A stretch of DNA of 64,000 nucleotides from Bacteroidia bacterium (GCA_018000995.1 JAGNIU010000007.1:1-64000); one strand, 5' to 3'; shown: positions 49,356-60,570, counted from the first letter of the stretch. Notes: generated from the letters alone by a model not told the origin. Program-made: numbers and translations.

Positions 49356-50597
49356 TTGTGGCAAAAAATAGATTTGAATTTATCTTTTCACATAGCTAGG
49401 CGTTATCTGGTTTCAAAAAAATCGAATAACGCCATTAATATTATTAGTTGGATAAGCATTGTGGCTATTGCTTTAACCACAGCCGCTCTTGTTATTATTT
49501 TATCGGCTATGAATGGTTTAACTGGTGTGGTAGCTAATTTATATAACGCTATTGAGCCTGATATTAAAATAATGCCCGCGACAGGTAAGTTTTTTGTAGC
49601 GGATGAAAATTTCACAGCTAAAGTCAAATCGACGGAGGGTGTTAATCAAATTTCAAGTTGTATTAGTGATAATGCTTTAATGAAGAGTGGCGATAAACAA
49701 GCTATCATCATGATTAAAGGCGTTGATGATAATTTTAAAACCGTTACGCATTTTGATTCTGTAATTAAAGAAGGAACGTTTCAATTAAAAAATGGCAAAG
49801 ACCGCTTTGCTGTTTTTGGAAGAGGCGTTGCGAATAATTTAGGAATAAACATCAATAACCTTATTGAGCAAATTGCAATTTACAGTCCGAAAAGGGGACA
49901 AGAAGAAAGTTTAAATCCGGAAGATAATTTTAACCAAAAATATGTTTTTCCGTCTGGGACCTTTTCTTTGAATGATGATTTTGATTTTAAATATGTAATT
50001 GTAGATATTGATTTGGCCCGCGAATTATTGGATTGTACCAATGAGGTTTCTTCAGTGGAAATCAGTTTAAATAAAGGCGCAGATTTAGATGATGTGCAGG
50101 AGCAATTGGCTTCGACGCTCGGCGATAAATTTATCATCAAAAATCGTTACCAATTAAACGATGTCTTATTTAAAACCTTAGAGTCAGAAAAACTTTGGAC
50201 GTTTATTATCCTCGCTTTCATTTTAATCATCGCCACCTTTAATATTATTGGGGCCTTAACGATGTTGATTATTGAAAAGAAGAAGGATATTAAAACCTTG
50301 TATTGCATGGGTGCCGACAATACCTTAATCAGCCGCATATTTATGGGCGAAGGTTTTTTAATTACAGCAATAGGAGCGGGGATAGGCTTAACTCTTGGTT
50401 TAATAGTTTGTCTGTTACAAATGAAATTCCATTTTGTGGAGTTTAACGACCAATACGTCATCCCATATTACCCGATTGATTTACAGGTAAAAGATTTTGT
50501 TTGGATAATCGGTCTTATAATGTTAATTGGTTTTTTCGCCGCTCTTTATCCTGTAAGAGTATTTACACGAAATGATTTTGTGCACAATAATAATTAG
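49356..50597 (+). CDS. FtsX-like ABC transporter permease (LolC/LolE-like)
   Basis: 413 aa; N-terminal TM, large periplasmic domain, C-terminal 3-TM FtsX domain. Confidence 0.8.
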   Translation: MWQKIDLNLSFHIARRYLVSKKSNNAINIISWISIVAIALTTAALVIILSAMNGLTGVVANLYNAIEPDIKIMPATGKFFVADENFTAKVKSTEGVNQISSCISDNALMKSGDKQAIIMIKGVDDNFKTVTHFDSVIKEGTFQLKNGKDRFAVFGRGVANNLGININNLIEQIAIYSPKRGQEESLNPEDNFNQKYVFPSGTFSLNDDFDFKYVIVDIDLARELLDCTNEVSSVEISLNKGADLDDVQEQLASTLGDKFIIKNRYQLNDVLFKTLESEKLWTFIILAFILIIATFNIIGALTMLIIEKKKDIKTLYCMGADNTLISRIFMGEGFLITAIGAGIGLTLGLIVCLLQMKFHFVEFNDQYVIPYYPIDLQVKDFVWIIGLIMLIGFFAALYPVRVFTRNDFVHNNN

Positions 50598-50747
50598 ATT
50601 ATTCATTCTTCGTATTGGTAGTAAATATACTGTACCATACGATAGTACTTGGGGGGTGTCCCGAACTTGGCAAGTAATATTATTATCTGTGCTGGTTCTA
50701 CTTATTCTAAGAGTTTGGTGGGGCTGGAATCGAAAAAAGTAAATAAT

Positions 50748-52346
50748 TTACCTACTCACCACAATCTTCGAATTCCTAATTAATTTATCGCCTTCGTAAA
50801 CTCTAGCAAAATAGGTGCCGGCTGAAAGTTGTTTTAGGTCTATATCAAAATTATTTTTCCCTTCAAATTTTAAAACTTCTTTTCCTTCTACATTAATTAT
50901 AGAAATACTAATTGATTTTATTTTTTCATCCTTAACACTAATTTTCAATTTATCGGAAGTAGGGTTTGGGTAAACCAAAACTGAAGGCGCATCTTCTCCG
51001 TTCAATAAAATGGGTTCTAATCCTAATCCAGTTGCAATAGAAGTTTTCGCGAAATAAATATTTAGTTTCCCTGTTCTCACATCACCCCAAGTGGCGTAGA
51101 TTGTATCGTTCACTAATTCACAACTTAAAAAATCATTCCCATCTTGTGTAAGAACTGTATCGTGCGCCGCTGAAATATTAGTTAAGCGTATATTGCTTTG
51201 AAAGCTTGCGCCATTGTTTAAGGATACCGAACAATAAATATCGGATGGTTGGTAAAAACCTGTTCCTGTCCCATTACGTTTATCTCTCCATACTACCAAT
51301 AATTTATTATTCTTACTGTAAGTAGCCCAAACTAAATCCTGCGCTTTTCCATTCGATAAAGCATCATCGTTTACTCTTACAGGCGCATTCCAATTTATAC
51401 CTCCGTTATTGGTTGTGGTAACATAAACATCAGGGTCGCCAGCTTGATGTCCAACATAACACGCGGCAAGTTGAGAGGCGTTATTCGGATTCGCTGCTAA
51501 ATTGTATCCTAGCTTATAATGATTTGGTCCGGGTACTGAAGTTGGATTTACAATTAAATCGTATCTGCTAAAGGTCCCACCTTTATTATACGACTTAGCA
51601 AAAAATATTTTCGGAAAAACAGATTGTGATGGAACATAACTTGGATACGCCATACAAACAGCTCCATCTGCAGCAACACATAGAGCAGCCATAGGCGCAG
51701 CAATTGCAGAACCAATTAAATAACCGGTTGTATCGGTGTAACGATAATTACTCCAAATGGCACCGCTATCAGATGATGATTTAAAATACGAACGATTGGG
51801 TACTGTAATCCACGGCGCAGGTTTTGTTGTCATATAAAACATTCCTTGTGTTGTAGTGGTTGAATTATCTACAGCTAACCAAGGACGGTCTAATGGTATT
51901 TTTGTTGGGTCTTCAGTATTTGCATTCCATGCTCTTGTTGGAACCGACCAATTAACGCCACCATTTATTGAATGCGTAATATATACTCCTCCTGAGTCAG
52001 GTGTTTTTCTATAATCAATATAAGATAAGTACACTGTTCCGTTTTTACGGAATGCCATGGAAGGATCGGCTGAACCCCATGTTGGAGACATATGTGGTTG
52101 ATTAAACGGACTCCCCCAAGTTGCGCCGCCATCGAAACTTACTTTTGTTTTTATAGTTGCTTTCAAACCTGTTGTTAAATCAGCTGCTATCCATGCAATC
52201 ACAATGTTATTGGGATTGGTAGGGTTTATGGCCATATAAGGCTCGCCACCAAAAACAGTAGTATTGGATACATTAATATTAGATATCTGCGCGTAGCAAG
52301 TAAAAGTGCTAAGAAAGATAAAAACGGAAAGTAAAGTTTTTTTCAT
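50748..52346 (-). CDS. secreted protein with T9SS type-A C-terminal sorting domain (BNR/sialidase-like beta-propeller suspected)
   Basis: 532 aa; signal peptide; C-terminus LVYPNPTSDKLKISV..GTYFARV matches Por-secretion type-A CTD. Confidence 0.7.
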   Translation of the reverse strand: MKKTLLSVFIFLSTFTCYAQISNINVSNTTVFGGEPYMAINPTNPNNIVIAWIAADLTTGLKATIKTKVSFDGGATWGSPFNQPHMSPTWGSADPSMAFRKNGTVYLSYIDYRKTPDSGGVYITHSINGGVNWSVPTRAWNANTEDPTKIPLDRPWLAVDNSTTTTQGMFYMTTKPAPWITVPNRSYFKSSSDSGAIWSNYRYTDTTGYLIGSAIAAPMAALCVAADGAVCMAYPSYVPSQSVFPKIFFAKSYNKGGTFSRYDLIVNPTSVPGPNHYKLGYNLAANPNNASQLAACYVGHQAGDPDVYVTTTNNGGINWNAPVRVNDDALSNGKAQDLVWATYSKNNKLLVVWRDKRNGTGTGFYQPSDIYCSVSLNNGASFQSNIRLTNISAAHDTVLTQDGNDFLSCELVNDTIYATWGDVRTGKLNIYFAKTSIATGLGLEPILLNGEDAPSVLVYPNPTSDKLKISVKDEKIKSISISIINVEGKEVLKFEGKNNFDIDLKQLSAGTYFARVYEGDKLIRNSKIVVSR

Positions 52347-52399
52347 GCAAAAGGTTTTTATTTTGACTACTACTAATAAAGATAGTTTAATGGAATGAA

Positions 52400-52440
52400 A
52401 ATAAAAAACCCGAAATTTTTTAGGTTTCGGGTTTCGTTGT
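52400..52440 (-). terminator. rho-independent terminator downstream of dnaA
   Basis: aacccgaaa / tttcgggtt stem with T-run on minus strand. Confidence 0.7.
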
Positions 52441-52456
52441 CAGTTATTTGATTTGG

Positions 52457-53893
52457 TTAGTTGCTAATGCTGATTTTCTTTTCTAATTCTTCGATATAAG
52501 CTTTAAAGCGTTTATCAGTATCCATTAAGTTATTTACTGTGCGACAAGCGTGTAATACTGTTGCGTGATCTTTACCACCGCAATGCATACCGATTGTAGC
52601 TAAAGATGATTTAGTCATGTTCTTAGCAAAATACATTGCTATCTGACGAGCTTGAACCACTTCACGTTTACGTGTTTTTGATTTCATGGTATCAATAGCT
52701 AAATCAAAATAATCGCAAACCACTTTCTGGATATAATCAATTGATACTTCGCGAGCAGTACTCTTCACGAATTTATCAATCATGTTCTTAGCTAATTCTA
52801 AAGTGATAGTTTTCTTGTTTAAAGAAGACTGAGCTAATAAAGAGATTAAAGCACCTTCTAATTCGCGAACGTTTGAAGTGATGCTATAAGCTAAATATTC
52901 AACAACTTCTTTTGGTAACTGAATACCTTCGTTGTAAATCTTCTTCTCTAAAATAGCAATACGGGTTTCTAAGCCCGGAGCTTGTAAGTCTGCACTAAGT
53001 CCCCATTTGAAACGGCTCAGTAAACGTTGCTCAATTCCTTGAATGTCTACCGGTGCACGATCAGCAGTTAAAATAACTTGCTTACCTAATTGGTGTAAGT
53101 GATTAAAGATATGGAAGAACACATCTTGTGTTTTATCCTTACCTGCAAAATATTGTACATCGTCAATAATCAACACATCAATCATTTGATAGAAGTGAAC
53201 GAAATCGTTTTGGTTATTGTTACGGATACTCTCGATGAATTGAGTAATGAATTTTTCTGATTGAACGTAAAGAACAGTTTTGTTCGGGTGATGTTTCTTT
53301 ACTTCGATACCGATTGCTTGAGCTAAGTGAGTTTTTCCTAAACCAACACCACCATAAATTAATAATGGGTTAAAAGCGTTTCCGCCTGGTTTTTGAGCAA
53401 CTGCGAAACCGGCGCTGCGAGCTAAACGGTTACAATCACCTTCTACAAAATTATCAAAGCTATAGTTAGGATTTAATTGAGATTCAACCTGAACCTTTTT
53501 TAAACCCGGAATTACAAATGGATTTTTAATTGGATTTGCGCTCACATCAATTGGCATTGAAACATGAGGGTTCTTCAAATTTGTGTTAATGTTCGGTAAT
53601 TTAAAAGTAATAGGTGTTTCTGTTTTGCCTGTTCCATTATCCATGATAATGTTGTACTCTAATCTTCCTTCTGCACCAAGTTCTTTACGAATAACTTTTT
53701 TAATAAGCGTGATGTAATGCTCTTCAAGCCATTCGTAAAAAAATTGTGAAGGAACCTGGATGGTTAGAATACTTTCAGCAAGCTTAACAGGTTTAATTGG
53801 ATCAAACCATGTCTTGAAGTTCTGTGGACTTACATTATCTTTCACAACCTCTAAACAATTGCTCCAAATCTGTTCTGCTGTTTTCTCCTTCAT
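52457..53893 (-). CDS. dnaA: chromosomal replication initiator protein DnaA
   Basis: 478 aa; N-terminal domain I, AAA+ core (GGVGLGKTHL, DDVQ Walker B), C-terminal DnaA-box binding domain. Confidence 0.97.
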   Translation of the reverse strand: MKEKTAEQIWSNCLEVVKDNVSPQNFKTWFDPIKPVKLAESILTIQVPSQFFYEWLEEHYITLIKKVIRKELGAEGRLEYNIIMDNGTGKTETPITFKLPNINTNLKNPHVSMPIDVSANPIKNPFVIPGLKKVQVESQLNPNYSFDNFVEGDCNRLARSAGFAVAQKPGGNAFNPLLIYGGVGLGKTHLAQAIGIEVKKHHPNKTVLYVQSEKFITQFIESIRNNNQNDFVHFYQMIDVLIIDDVQYFAGKDKTQDVFFHIFNHLHQLGKQVILTADRAPVDIQGIEQRLLSRFKWGLSADLQAPGLETRIAILEKKIYNEGIQLPKEVVEYLAYSITSNVRELEGALISLLAQSSLNKKTITLELAKNMIDKFVKSTAREVSIDYIQKVVCDYFDLAIDTMKSKTRKREVVQARQIAMYFAKNMTKSSLATIGMHCGGKDHATVLHACRTVNNLMDTDKRFKAYIEELEKKISISN

Positions 53894-54040
53894 AATTGTA
53901 AATAAGTTTTAATAGTTTGTATATAGTGGGATAAAATGATATTAACGTGTAATTGTTTGTAAATATACATTGTTTATTTATTTACGCAACAAATCCCGGA
54001 AAAATAAATTTTGGAAAAAATTTCGATTTTGTTTGGATAT

Positions 54041-54973
54041 TTAAATATTTTGTTTATCCCCCTTTTGTAAGAGCTTTTCTCCTCTGTCAGAGAATAAAAT
54101 ATCAATACGTCCCAACCAAATTCCGGCCCAACCAACTTGTGTAATTAAAGTTTGTTTTCCAACTGAATTTGTGGTAATTACAGGTTCATTGAGGAAGGTA
54201 TGCGTGTGACCACCAATTACTAAATCGATATTTTTCGTTTGAGGAACTAATGTTACATCACTTATTTTCGACGAATCATATTTGTAACCTAAGTGACTCA
54301 GGCATACAATGTAATCGCAATTCATATTATGTTTTAAATGATGGGCGGTTGAATTAGCACAATCAACCGGATGATTGTATTTCACGTTTCCATAGAGGTG
54401 TTTTGGCACAAGTCCCTCTAGCTCAACACCAATTCCAAATACGCCAATCTTCAATCCGCTCTTACTAAAGATCTTGAATGGTAAAATTTTTCCGTTAAGT
54501 TCTGTATCCGAAAAATTATAATTGCAATTGATGAATGGAAATGATGCATGAGGCATTTGTTTCAAAATATTTTCAATACCCATATCAAAATCATGATTTC
54601 CCAATGTGGCAGCATCGTAACCCATTTGGCTCATCAGCTTGAATTCCAACTCGCCATGATAATAATTGAAATAGGGTGTACCCTGAAAAATATCACCGGC
54701 ATCCAATAATAAAATATTTTCTTCCTCTTTCCGAATTTGTTTTATTAGAGCCGCACGTTTTGCAAATCCGCCTTGTCCGGGATACTTTGGATCATTATCC
54801 GGAAAGGGCTCAATACGACTGTGCTGATCATTTGTATAAAGAATCGTGAGCTTTTTTATTTTTTCTTTCTTCACCAAATCATTGGCAATACCATTAAACC
54901 CCGATAGTGCAATTGTACCACCGACAAAGTATTTTAAAAAGTCGCGCCTATTTTGAAATTTTAATTCTTCCAA
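54041..54973 (-). CDS. calcineurin-like metallophosphoesterase (UshA N-terminal-domain-like) with Tat signal
   Basis: 310 aa; twin-arginine motif NRRDFLKY; GNHDFD phosphoesterase motif. Confidence 0.75.
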   Translation of the reverse strand: MEELKFQNRRDFLKYFVGGTIALSGFNGIANDLVKKEKIKKLTILYTNDQHSRIEPFPDNDPKYPGQGGFAKRAALIKQIRKEEENILLLDAGDIFQGTPYFNYYHGELEFKLMSQMGYDAATLGNHDFDMGIENILKQMPHASFPFINCNYNFSDTELNGKILPFKIFSKSGLKIGVFGIGVELEGLVPKHLYGNVKYNHPVDCANSTAHHLKHNMNCDYIVCLSHLGYKYDSSKISDVTLVPQTKNIDLVIGGHTHTFLNEPVITTNSVGKQTLITQVGWAGIWLGRIDILFSDRGEKLLQKGDKQNI

Positions 54974-55691
54974 GTCGTGTAGGTTTAATTGTTATGTTAT
55001 TTTTTGTTAATGATTCGCAATAGTTAATTATAGCATCTCTTAGTTTTACACCTGTAGTTTCATAAGAAATTGGCTTTCCAAAAAAATGACAATTGTCACC
55101 GCCCATTGCTAAATAATCGGTTGTTACAATTTTGTAAGTTTTATTTAAATCAAGGGGAGAGCCGTAAACAAGAATGTTTTCTGCTAGTTTATCTTTCACA
55201 TCCATTGCTAAATTATAGCTGATTAATCTATTTTCTTTTAACATGCCATCAATACTTTCTTTTAGTTTTTGCCCGCTTAAAGTCAAAATCACAATCTCAT
55301 TATCGAATGGCATTACCTCGAAGATATTACCTTTTGTGATTTCGCCTTTGGGTAAATTATTTCGTAATCCTCCACGGTTTATAAATAAAATGCAGTTTCC
55401 CGCTAGTTGAGTTTTTTTGATATTTATGAATTCTTCGGTGGATTGGAGCACAAAGTTTCCCAATGAAGATTCGAAACCGTCTCTTGTTAAACTGCTGTCG
55501 CTTTGAGCGATTACAGTTTTCATTTCCTTATCCAATCCCGATTTGTACGGAAGCACGTTTAAATTGGTTATAGAGTCGTTTTTAGCTGTTTTTAGCTCGT
55601 AATGGGATGGTTTTGTCTCCGAAACATGATAATGGCTCTTACAGGCGCTTAAAATAACCAGGAATAAACAGTATCTTAAAAGCCGTATCAT
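54948..55691 (-). CDS. 5'-nucleotidase C-terminal-domain lipoprotein
   Basis: 247 aa; lipoprotein signal (ILSACKS); overlaps following metallophosphoesterase gene by 26 nt. Confidence 0.65.
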   Translation of the reverse strand: MIRLLRYCLFLVILSACKSHYHVSETKPSHYELKTAKNDSITNLNVLPYKSGLDKEMKTVIAQSDSSLTRDGFESSLGNFVLQSTEEFINIKKTQLAGNCILFINRGGLRNNLPKGEITKGNIFEVMPFDNEIVILTLSGQKLKESIDGMLKENRLISYNLAMDVKDKLAENILVYGSPLDLNKTYKIVTTDYLAMGGDNCHFFGKPISYETTGVKLRDAIINYCESLTKNNITIKPTRLGRIKISK

Positions 55692-55725
55692 TTATAAAAA
55701 TTATATTTGCTAAAAATACTATTTT

Positions 55726-56136
55726 ATGATTAAAGCTGAGGTTAAATTAAGGGTAAGATATGGTGAAACCGACCAAATGGGTTATGCCTATTATGGGGTT
55801 TACGCTCAGTATTACGAGGTAGGTAGGGTAGAAACCATGCGTGTTTTGGGTTTTAGTTATAAGGATGTGGAAGCCAAAGGAATTTTAATGCCGGTGAGTG
55901 AATACAGTGTTAATTACAAAAAACCGGCTTATTACGATGATGAAATTACCATTGTAACAACAGTTAAAGAAATGCCAGCCGGTGCGCGAATTACTTTTAA
56001 TTATGAATGTTATAACGAGCAAAAAGAATTATTAAACACTGGTATTGTTGTTCTGGTTTTCATCGATAAAGCTAAAAATAAGCCATGTGCAGCTCCTGAT
56101 TGGTTCGTTTCGGCAGCCCAAAAATATTTTAAATAA
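55726..56136 (+). CDS. acyl-CoA thioesterase (YbgC/4HBT hotdog family)
   Basis: 136 aa; RVRYGETDQMGYAYYGVYAQYYEVGR motif. Confidence 0.75.
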   Translation: MIKAEVKLRVRYGETDQMGYAYYGVYAQYYEVGRVETMRVLGFSYKDVEAKGILMPVSEYSVNYKKPAYYDDEITIVTTVKEMPAGARITFNYECYNEQKELLNTGIVVLVFIDKAKNKPCAAPDWFVSAAQKYFK

Positions 56137-56176
56137 ATAGGCTTAAAATCGTTAAATTCGCATCTCTTAATTTACA

Positions 56177-57316
56177 ATGACAACAGCTACAAAAAAAATT
56201 CAAATGGTTGATCTCAAAGGTCAGTATTTGAAAATAAAAAATGAAGTGGATGCAGCAATTGCTCAGGTTATCGATACCACCACTTTTATTAATGGTCCTG
56301 CCGTAAAAGAATTTCAGGCAGACATGGAAAAGTACTTAAACGTAAAACATGTTATTCCATGTGCTAATGGTACAGATGCTTTACAAATAGCAATGATGGC
56401 TTTAGATTTAAAACCGGGTGATGAAGTTATTACCGCAAGTTTTACTTATGTAGCCACTGCTGAAGTTATTGGTTTATTAGGATTGAAACCTGTTTTAGTT
56501 GATGTTTATCCGGATACATTCGATATCAATATTGAAGCTGTAGAAAAAGCTATTACACCAAAAACAAAAGCAATTGTGCCTGTTCATTTATTCGGACAAT
56601 GTGCCGATATGGAAAGAATAATGGCGCTTGCTAAAAAACATAATTTATTTGTGATTGAAGACGTAGCTCAAGCAATTGGAGCTGATTACACTTTCAGTGA
56701 TGGAAAGAAAGTTAAAGCTGGAACTATCGGAACCATTGGTTGTACTTCGTTTTTCCCAAGTAAAAATTTAGGTTGTTACGGTGATGGTGGCGCCATGTAT
56801 ACCAACGATTCTGATTTAGCAGCTAAAATGAAAATGATTTCGCATCACGGACAAAGTGTACAATATGTTCACGATGTATTAGGTGTGAATTCCAGACTAG
56901 ATACAATTCAGGCAGCCATTTTAAAAATTAAATTACAGCATTTAGATGAGTATGCAGCAGCAAGAAATAAAGTAGCAGCGTATTACGATAAAGCATTTGC
57001 AAATCATCCAAAATTAAAAACACCGAAGCGCGTAAAAAATTCAACACATGTTTTTCACCAATATACTTTACAACTAAATGGTGTTGACAGAACAGCGTTG
57101 AGAGAATTTTTAACTACGAAAGGAGTTCCGGCAATGATTTATTATCCAATCCCATTGCACATGCAAAAGGCGTATAAAGATGATAAATACAAAGCAGGTG
57201 ATTTTCCAGTAACAGAAAAATTATGTGCTAGTGTCTTATCATTGCCAATGCACACCGAGTTAGACGAAGAAACTTTAAAATACATTACAGATTCTGTTTT
57301 AGAATTCTGCAAGTAA
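56177..57316 (+). CDS. DegT/DnrJ/EryC1/StrS family PLP-dependent sugar aminotransferase
   Basis: 379 aa; fold-type I aminotransferase with conserved Lys region. Confidence 0.85.
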   Translation: MTTATKKIQMVDLKGQYLKIKNEVDAAIAQVIDTTTFINGPAVKEFQADMEKYLNVKHVIPCANGTDALQIAMMALDLKPGDEVITASFTYVATAEVIGLLGLKPVLVDVYPDTFDINIEAVEKAITPKTKAIVPVHLFGQCADMERIMALAKKHNLFVIEDVAQAIGADYTFSDGKKVKAGTIGTIGCTSFFPSKNLGCYGDGGAMYTNDSDLAAKMKMISHHGQSVQYVHDVLGVNSRLDTIQAAILKIKLQHLDEYAAARNKVAAYYDKAFANHPKLKTPKRVKNSTHVFHQYTLQLNGVDRTALREFLTTKGVPAMIYYPIPLHMQKAYKDDKYKAGDFPVTEKLCASVLSLPMHTELDEETLKYITDSVLEFCK

Positions 57317-57350
57317 TAATTAGACAATTCGGCAATTTGATAATTCGATA

Positions 57351-57725
57351 ATGAAGAACAAGAATGATAACCCAATTTTAAAATTGACTTTTGAGTTTTC
57401 ATTGGAGGTTATTAAGTATGTTGAGATATTAGAAGAGAAAAAGAAATATGTAATAGCAAAGCAATTATTAAAATCAGCAACCTCTGTAGGTGCTAATGTA
57501 AGGGAAGCTCAGAACGCGGAGAGTAAACCTGATTTTATTCATAAAATGAAGATTGCGTGTAAAGAAGCAGATGAAACATTGTATTGGTTAGAATTATGTA
57601 ATGCAGCTGATAATTATCCAACAAGCAAAGAATTGGAAGAAAAAATATTTATAATAATAAAGGTCCTTTCAAAAATAGTTGGATCTTCAAAAACCAGAGC
57701 TAAAATTGTCGAATTGTCGAATTAA
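57351..57725 (+). CDS. four-helix-bundle protein (23S rRNA intervening-sequence protein family)
   Basis: 124 aa; [10 protein letters not shown] and [13 protein letters not shown] motifs. Confidence 0.8.
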   Translation: MKNKNDNPILKLTFEFSLEVIKYVEILEEKKKYVIAKQLLKSATSVGANVREAQNAESKPDFIHKMKIACKEADETLYWLELCNAADNYPTSKELEEKIFIIIKVLSKIVGSSKTRAKIVELSN

Positions 57726-57745
57726 TTAATTATCGAATTGAATTT

Positions 57746-59068
57746 ATGAAAATTGCTATTGTAGGTACGGGATATGTTGGTTTAGTAACAGGAACTTGTT
57801 TTTCAGAAGTAGGTGTTGATGTTACATGTGTTGACATTGACCAAAAGAAAATTGATAATCTGAATAAAGGAATCCTTCCAATCTACGAACCGGGATTAGA
57901 AGAAATGGTTGTGCGCAATGCTCATAAACATCGTTTGCATTTTTCTACTTCCTTAAAAGATAGTATTAAAGATGCTGAGGTTGTTTTTATTGCTGTGGGA
58001 ACTCCTCCGGATGAAGATGGTTCTGCAGATTTAAAATATGTATTAGGAGTGGCAAGTTCTATTGGTGAGCACATGACACATCCTTTGGTGGTTGTTACAA
58101 AGTCAACTGTTCCAGTTACAACGGCAGAGAAAGTTAGAAAGGCATTACAAACTGCTTTAGATAAACGCGGCGTGAAAATGGATTTTTATGTAGCCTCAAA
58201 TCCTGAGTTCTTAAAAGAAGGTGCCGCTATAGAAGATTTCATGAAGCCTGATCGTATCGTTGTTGGTACTGATAGAGTAGAGGCAGAAGAGATTATGAAA
58301 AAATTATACAAACCATTTTTAATGAACGGACATCCTATTATTTTTATGGATATCCCTTCGGCAGAAATGACAAAATACGCAGCCAATGCAATGCTCGCTA
58401 CAAAAATTAGTTTCATGAATGATGTGGCTAATTTATGTGAGATTATGGGCGCAGATGTAAATATGGTGCGTAAAGGAATTGGAAGCGATACCCGTATCGG
58501 ACAAAAATTTATTTATCCCGGTGTTGGTTATGGTGGAAGTTGTTTCCCTAAGGATGTAAAAGCTTTAATCAAAACGGCGAAGGAACAAGGGTACGATATG
58601 CGTATCTTAAACGCTGTTGAAGATGTGAATGAAGCTCAAAAAGAAGTTCTCTTTAATAAAGTAAAAACACATTTTAAGGGCGATTTAAAAGGAAAGAAAT
58701 TTGCATTATGGGGATTATCCTTTAAACCAAAAACGGATGATATGCGCGAAGCACCATCATTAGTTATCATAGAAAAATTACTAAAAGCAGGAGCTTCAGT
58801 TGTAGCTTATGATCCTGTCGCTATGCACGAAGCACAACGCATTTTAGGAGATACCATCAAGTACACTGAAGAATTAAATGATTCGTTGGATGGTGCAGAT
58901 GCTTTATTGATTATTACAGAATGGCCTGAGTTCCGCGTTCCTGATTTTGACGAATTAGAAAAACGAATGAAAGCGAAAGTGTTGTTCGACGGAAGAAATA
59001 TTTTTGACCCGGCTGAAATGAAAAAAATGGGTTACAGTTATTATTGTATTGGTGTAAAGACAAATTAA
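57746..59068 (+). CDS. ugd: UDP-glucose 6-dehydrogenase
   Basis: 440 aa; [19 protein letters not shown]-binding N-terminus; catalytic Cys region GGSCFPKD. Confidence 0.92.
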   Translation: MKIAIVGTGYVGLVTGTCFSEVGVDVTCVDIDQKKIDNLNKGILPIYEPGLEEMVVRNAHKHRLHFSTSLKDSIKDAEVVFIAVGTPPDEDGSADLKYVLGVASSIGEHMTHPLVVVTKSTVPVTTAEKVRKALQTALDKRGVKMDFYVASNPEFLKEGAAIEDFMKPDRIVVGTDRVEAEEIMKKLYKPFLMNGHPIIFMDIPSAEMTKYAANAMLATKISFMNDVANLCEIMGADVNMVRKGIGSDTRIGQKFIYPGVGYGGSCFPKDVKALIKTAKEQGYDMRILNAVEDVNEAQKEVLFNKVKTHFKGDLKGKKFALWGLSFKPKTDDMREAPSLVIIEKLLKAGASVVAYDPVAMHEAQRILGDTIKYTEELNDSLDGADALLIITEWPEFRVPDFDELEKRMKAKVLFDGRNIFDPAEMKKMGYSYYCIGVKTN

Positions 59069-59070
59069 TT

Positions 59071-60045
59071 ATGCAAAAAAGAGTTTTAATTACAGGAGCA
59101 GCAGGTTTTTTAGGTTCACATTTGTGCGACCGATTTATTAAAGAAGGAATGCGTGTTGTTGCCATGGATAATTTAATTACCGGCGACTTAAAAAACATTG
59201 AACACCTTTTTAAATTGGAACAGTTTGAATTCTATCATCACGATGTAAGTAAATTCATTCACGTTCCGGGCGAAATTGATTATATCATGCACTTCGCTTC
59301 ACCGGCGAGTCCAATTGATTATTTAAAAATTCCTATCCAAACTTTAAAAGTTTCTTCATTAGGAACTCATAATGTTTTAGGTTTAGCACGCGTGAAAAAA
59401 GCAAGAGTTTTAGTTGCTTCTACAAGTGAAGTTTATGGTGATCCACACGTTCATCCTCAACCGGAAGAGTATTGGGGACATGTAAACACTGTTGGTCCAC
59501 GCGGTTGTTACGATGAAGCAAAACGTTTTATGGAGGCTATGACAATGGCATACCATAACGTACATAATGTTGAAACGCGTATTGTAAGAATATTTAATAC
59601 TTATGGTCCAAGAATGCGACTTAATGACGGACGTGTATTGCCTGCATTTATTGGTCAAGCTTTACGTGGTGAAGATTTAACGATGTTTGGTGATGGTTCA
59701 CAAACAAGAAGTTTTTGTTATGTGAGCGATTTAGTAGATGGTATTTACAAATTATTAATGAGTGATTATCATTTACCGGTAAACATTGGTAACCCAAGTG
59801 AAATTTCTATAAAGGAATTTGGTGAGGAGATTTTGAAATTAACGGGCGCGAAACAAAAATTAATTTCATTGCCATTACCTAAAGACGATCCTAAGCAACG
59901 TCAACCCGATATTACTAAAGCAAAAGCCATTTTAGGCTGGGAGCCAAAAGTAAACAGAGCAGAAGGTTTGAAAATCACCTTCGATTATTTTAAATCTTTG
60001 TCGAAGGATGAGCTTTCGAAAACTGAGCACAGACAATTTAGTTAG
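59071..60045 (+). CDS. UDP-glucuronate decarboxylase (UDP-xylose synthase-type SDR)
   Basis: Start at ATG 59071 ([18 protein letters not shown]); YDEAKR catalytic motif; UXS/ArnA-C-terminal family. Confidence 0.88.
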   Translation: MQKRVLITGAAGFLGSHLCDRFIKEGMRVVAMDNLITGDLKNIEHLFKLEQFEFYHHDVSKFIHVPGEIDYIMHFASPASPIDYLKIPIQTLKVSSLGTHNVLGLARVKKARVLVASTSEVYGDPHVHPQPEEYWGHVNTVGPRGCYDEAKRFMEAMTMAYHNVHNVETRIVRIFNTYGPRMRLNDGRVLPAFIGQALRGEDLTMFGDGSQTRSFCYVSDLVDGIYKLLMSDYHLPVNIGNPSEISIKEFGEEILKLTGAKQKLISLPLPKDDPKQRQPDITKAKAILGWEPKVNRAEGLKITFDYFKSLSKDELSKTEHRQFS

Positions 60046-60570
60046 GTGTTGAGGTCTTTATTAGTGATATCGTTTTTTGTTGCTGTTGTTTTTTCAAACG
60101 CACAAGGGGATTCAAAATATAAATACAGCAAATCTTTATTGGAAGGGAAATGGTATGTTGTAGGAACTAATTTCCCTATGTGGCTAGATGCAAAGAATAC
60201 TGACCCTAATTTCAATTACACAAATTTCAGAGAGAAAAAAGGGATTTTGGTATTTGATGATTGTGTGATGTATTCCAAAAACAAAAAGCCAAAACAAATT
60301 AAGGGTACAGATAAACAAAAAAAATCAGACGAATTGAAATTTGCCTGGAGAGGAAAAGGTTTGCTTGGCTTATTTAAAAGTAATTGGCGTGTAATTGCAA
60401 GCGACAAAGAAGGAAGATGGATTGCAATTTATTCTACCAAAACTTTAGTAAGTCCTGAAGGTGTTGATATTATGGCCCGCAAAAAGAGTTTATCAGAAAA
60501 GGAAATAAGAGAAATTATTGAGCACTTGGATAAAACTTACATTAAGAAACCAATCGAGATTTTAAAATGA
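60046..60570 (+). CDS. hypothetical secreted protein (lipocalin-like?)
   Basis: 174 aa; signal peptide (LLVISFFVAVVFSNAQG). Confidence 0.4.
   Translation: MLRSLLVISFFVAVVFSNAQGDSKYKYSKSLLEGKWYVVGTNFPMWLDAKNTDPNFNYTNFREKKGILVFDDCVMYSKNKKPKQIKGTDKQKKSDELKFAWRGKGLLGLFKSNWRVIASDKEGRWIAIYSTKTLVSPEGVDIMARKKSLSEKEIREIIEHLDKTYIKKPIEILK

Noticed and set aside
50598-50747. 150-bp intergenic region with a G6 run, examined for tRNA or small RNA
   Set aside because: No cloverleaf-compatible T-arm or acceptor pairing; only a partial arm of the GC-rich palindrome family is present
53894-54060. oriC-like DnaA-box cluster upstream of dnaA
   Set aside because: Only degenerate box-like words (gtgggataa, ttatcccc) appear in an AT-rich 150-bp region; without GC-skew or genome context this is not enough to call an origin
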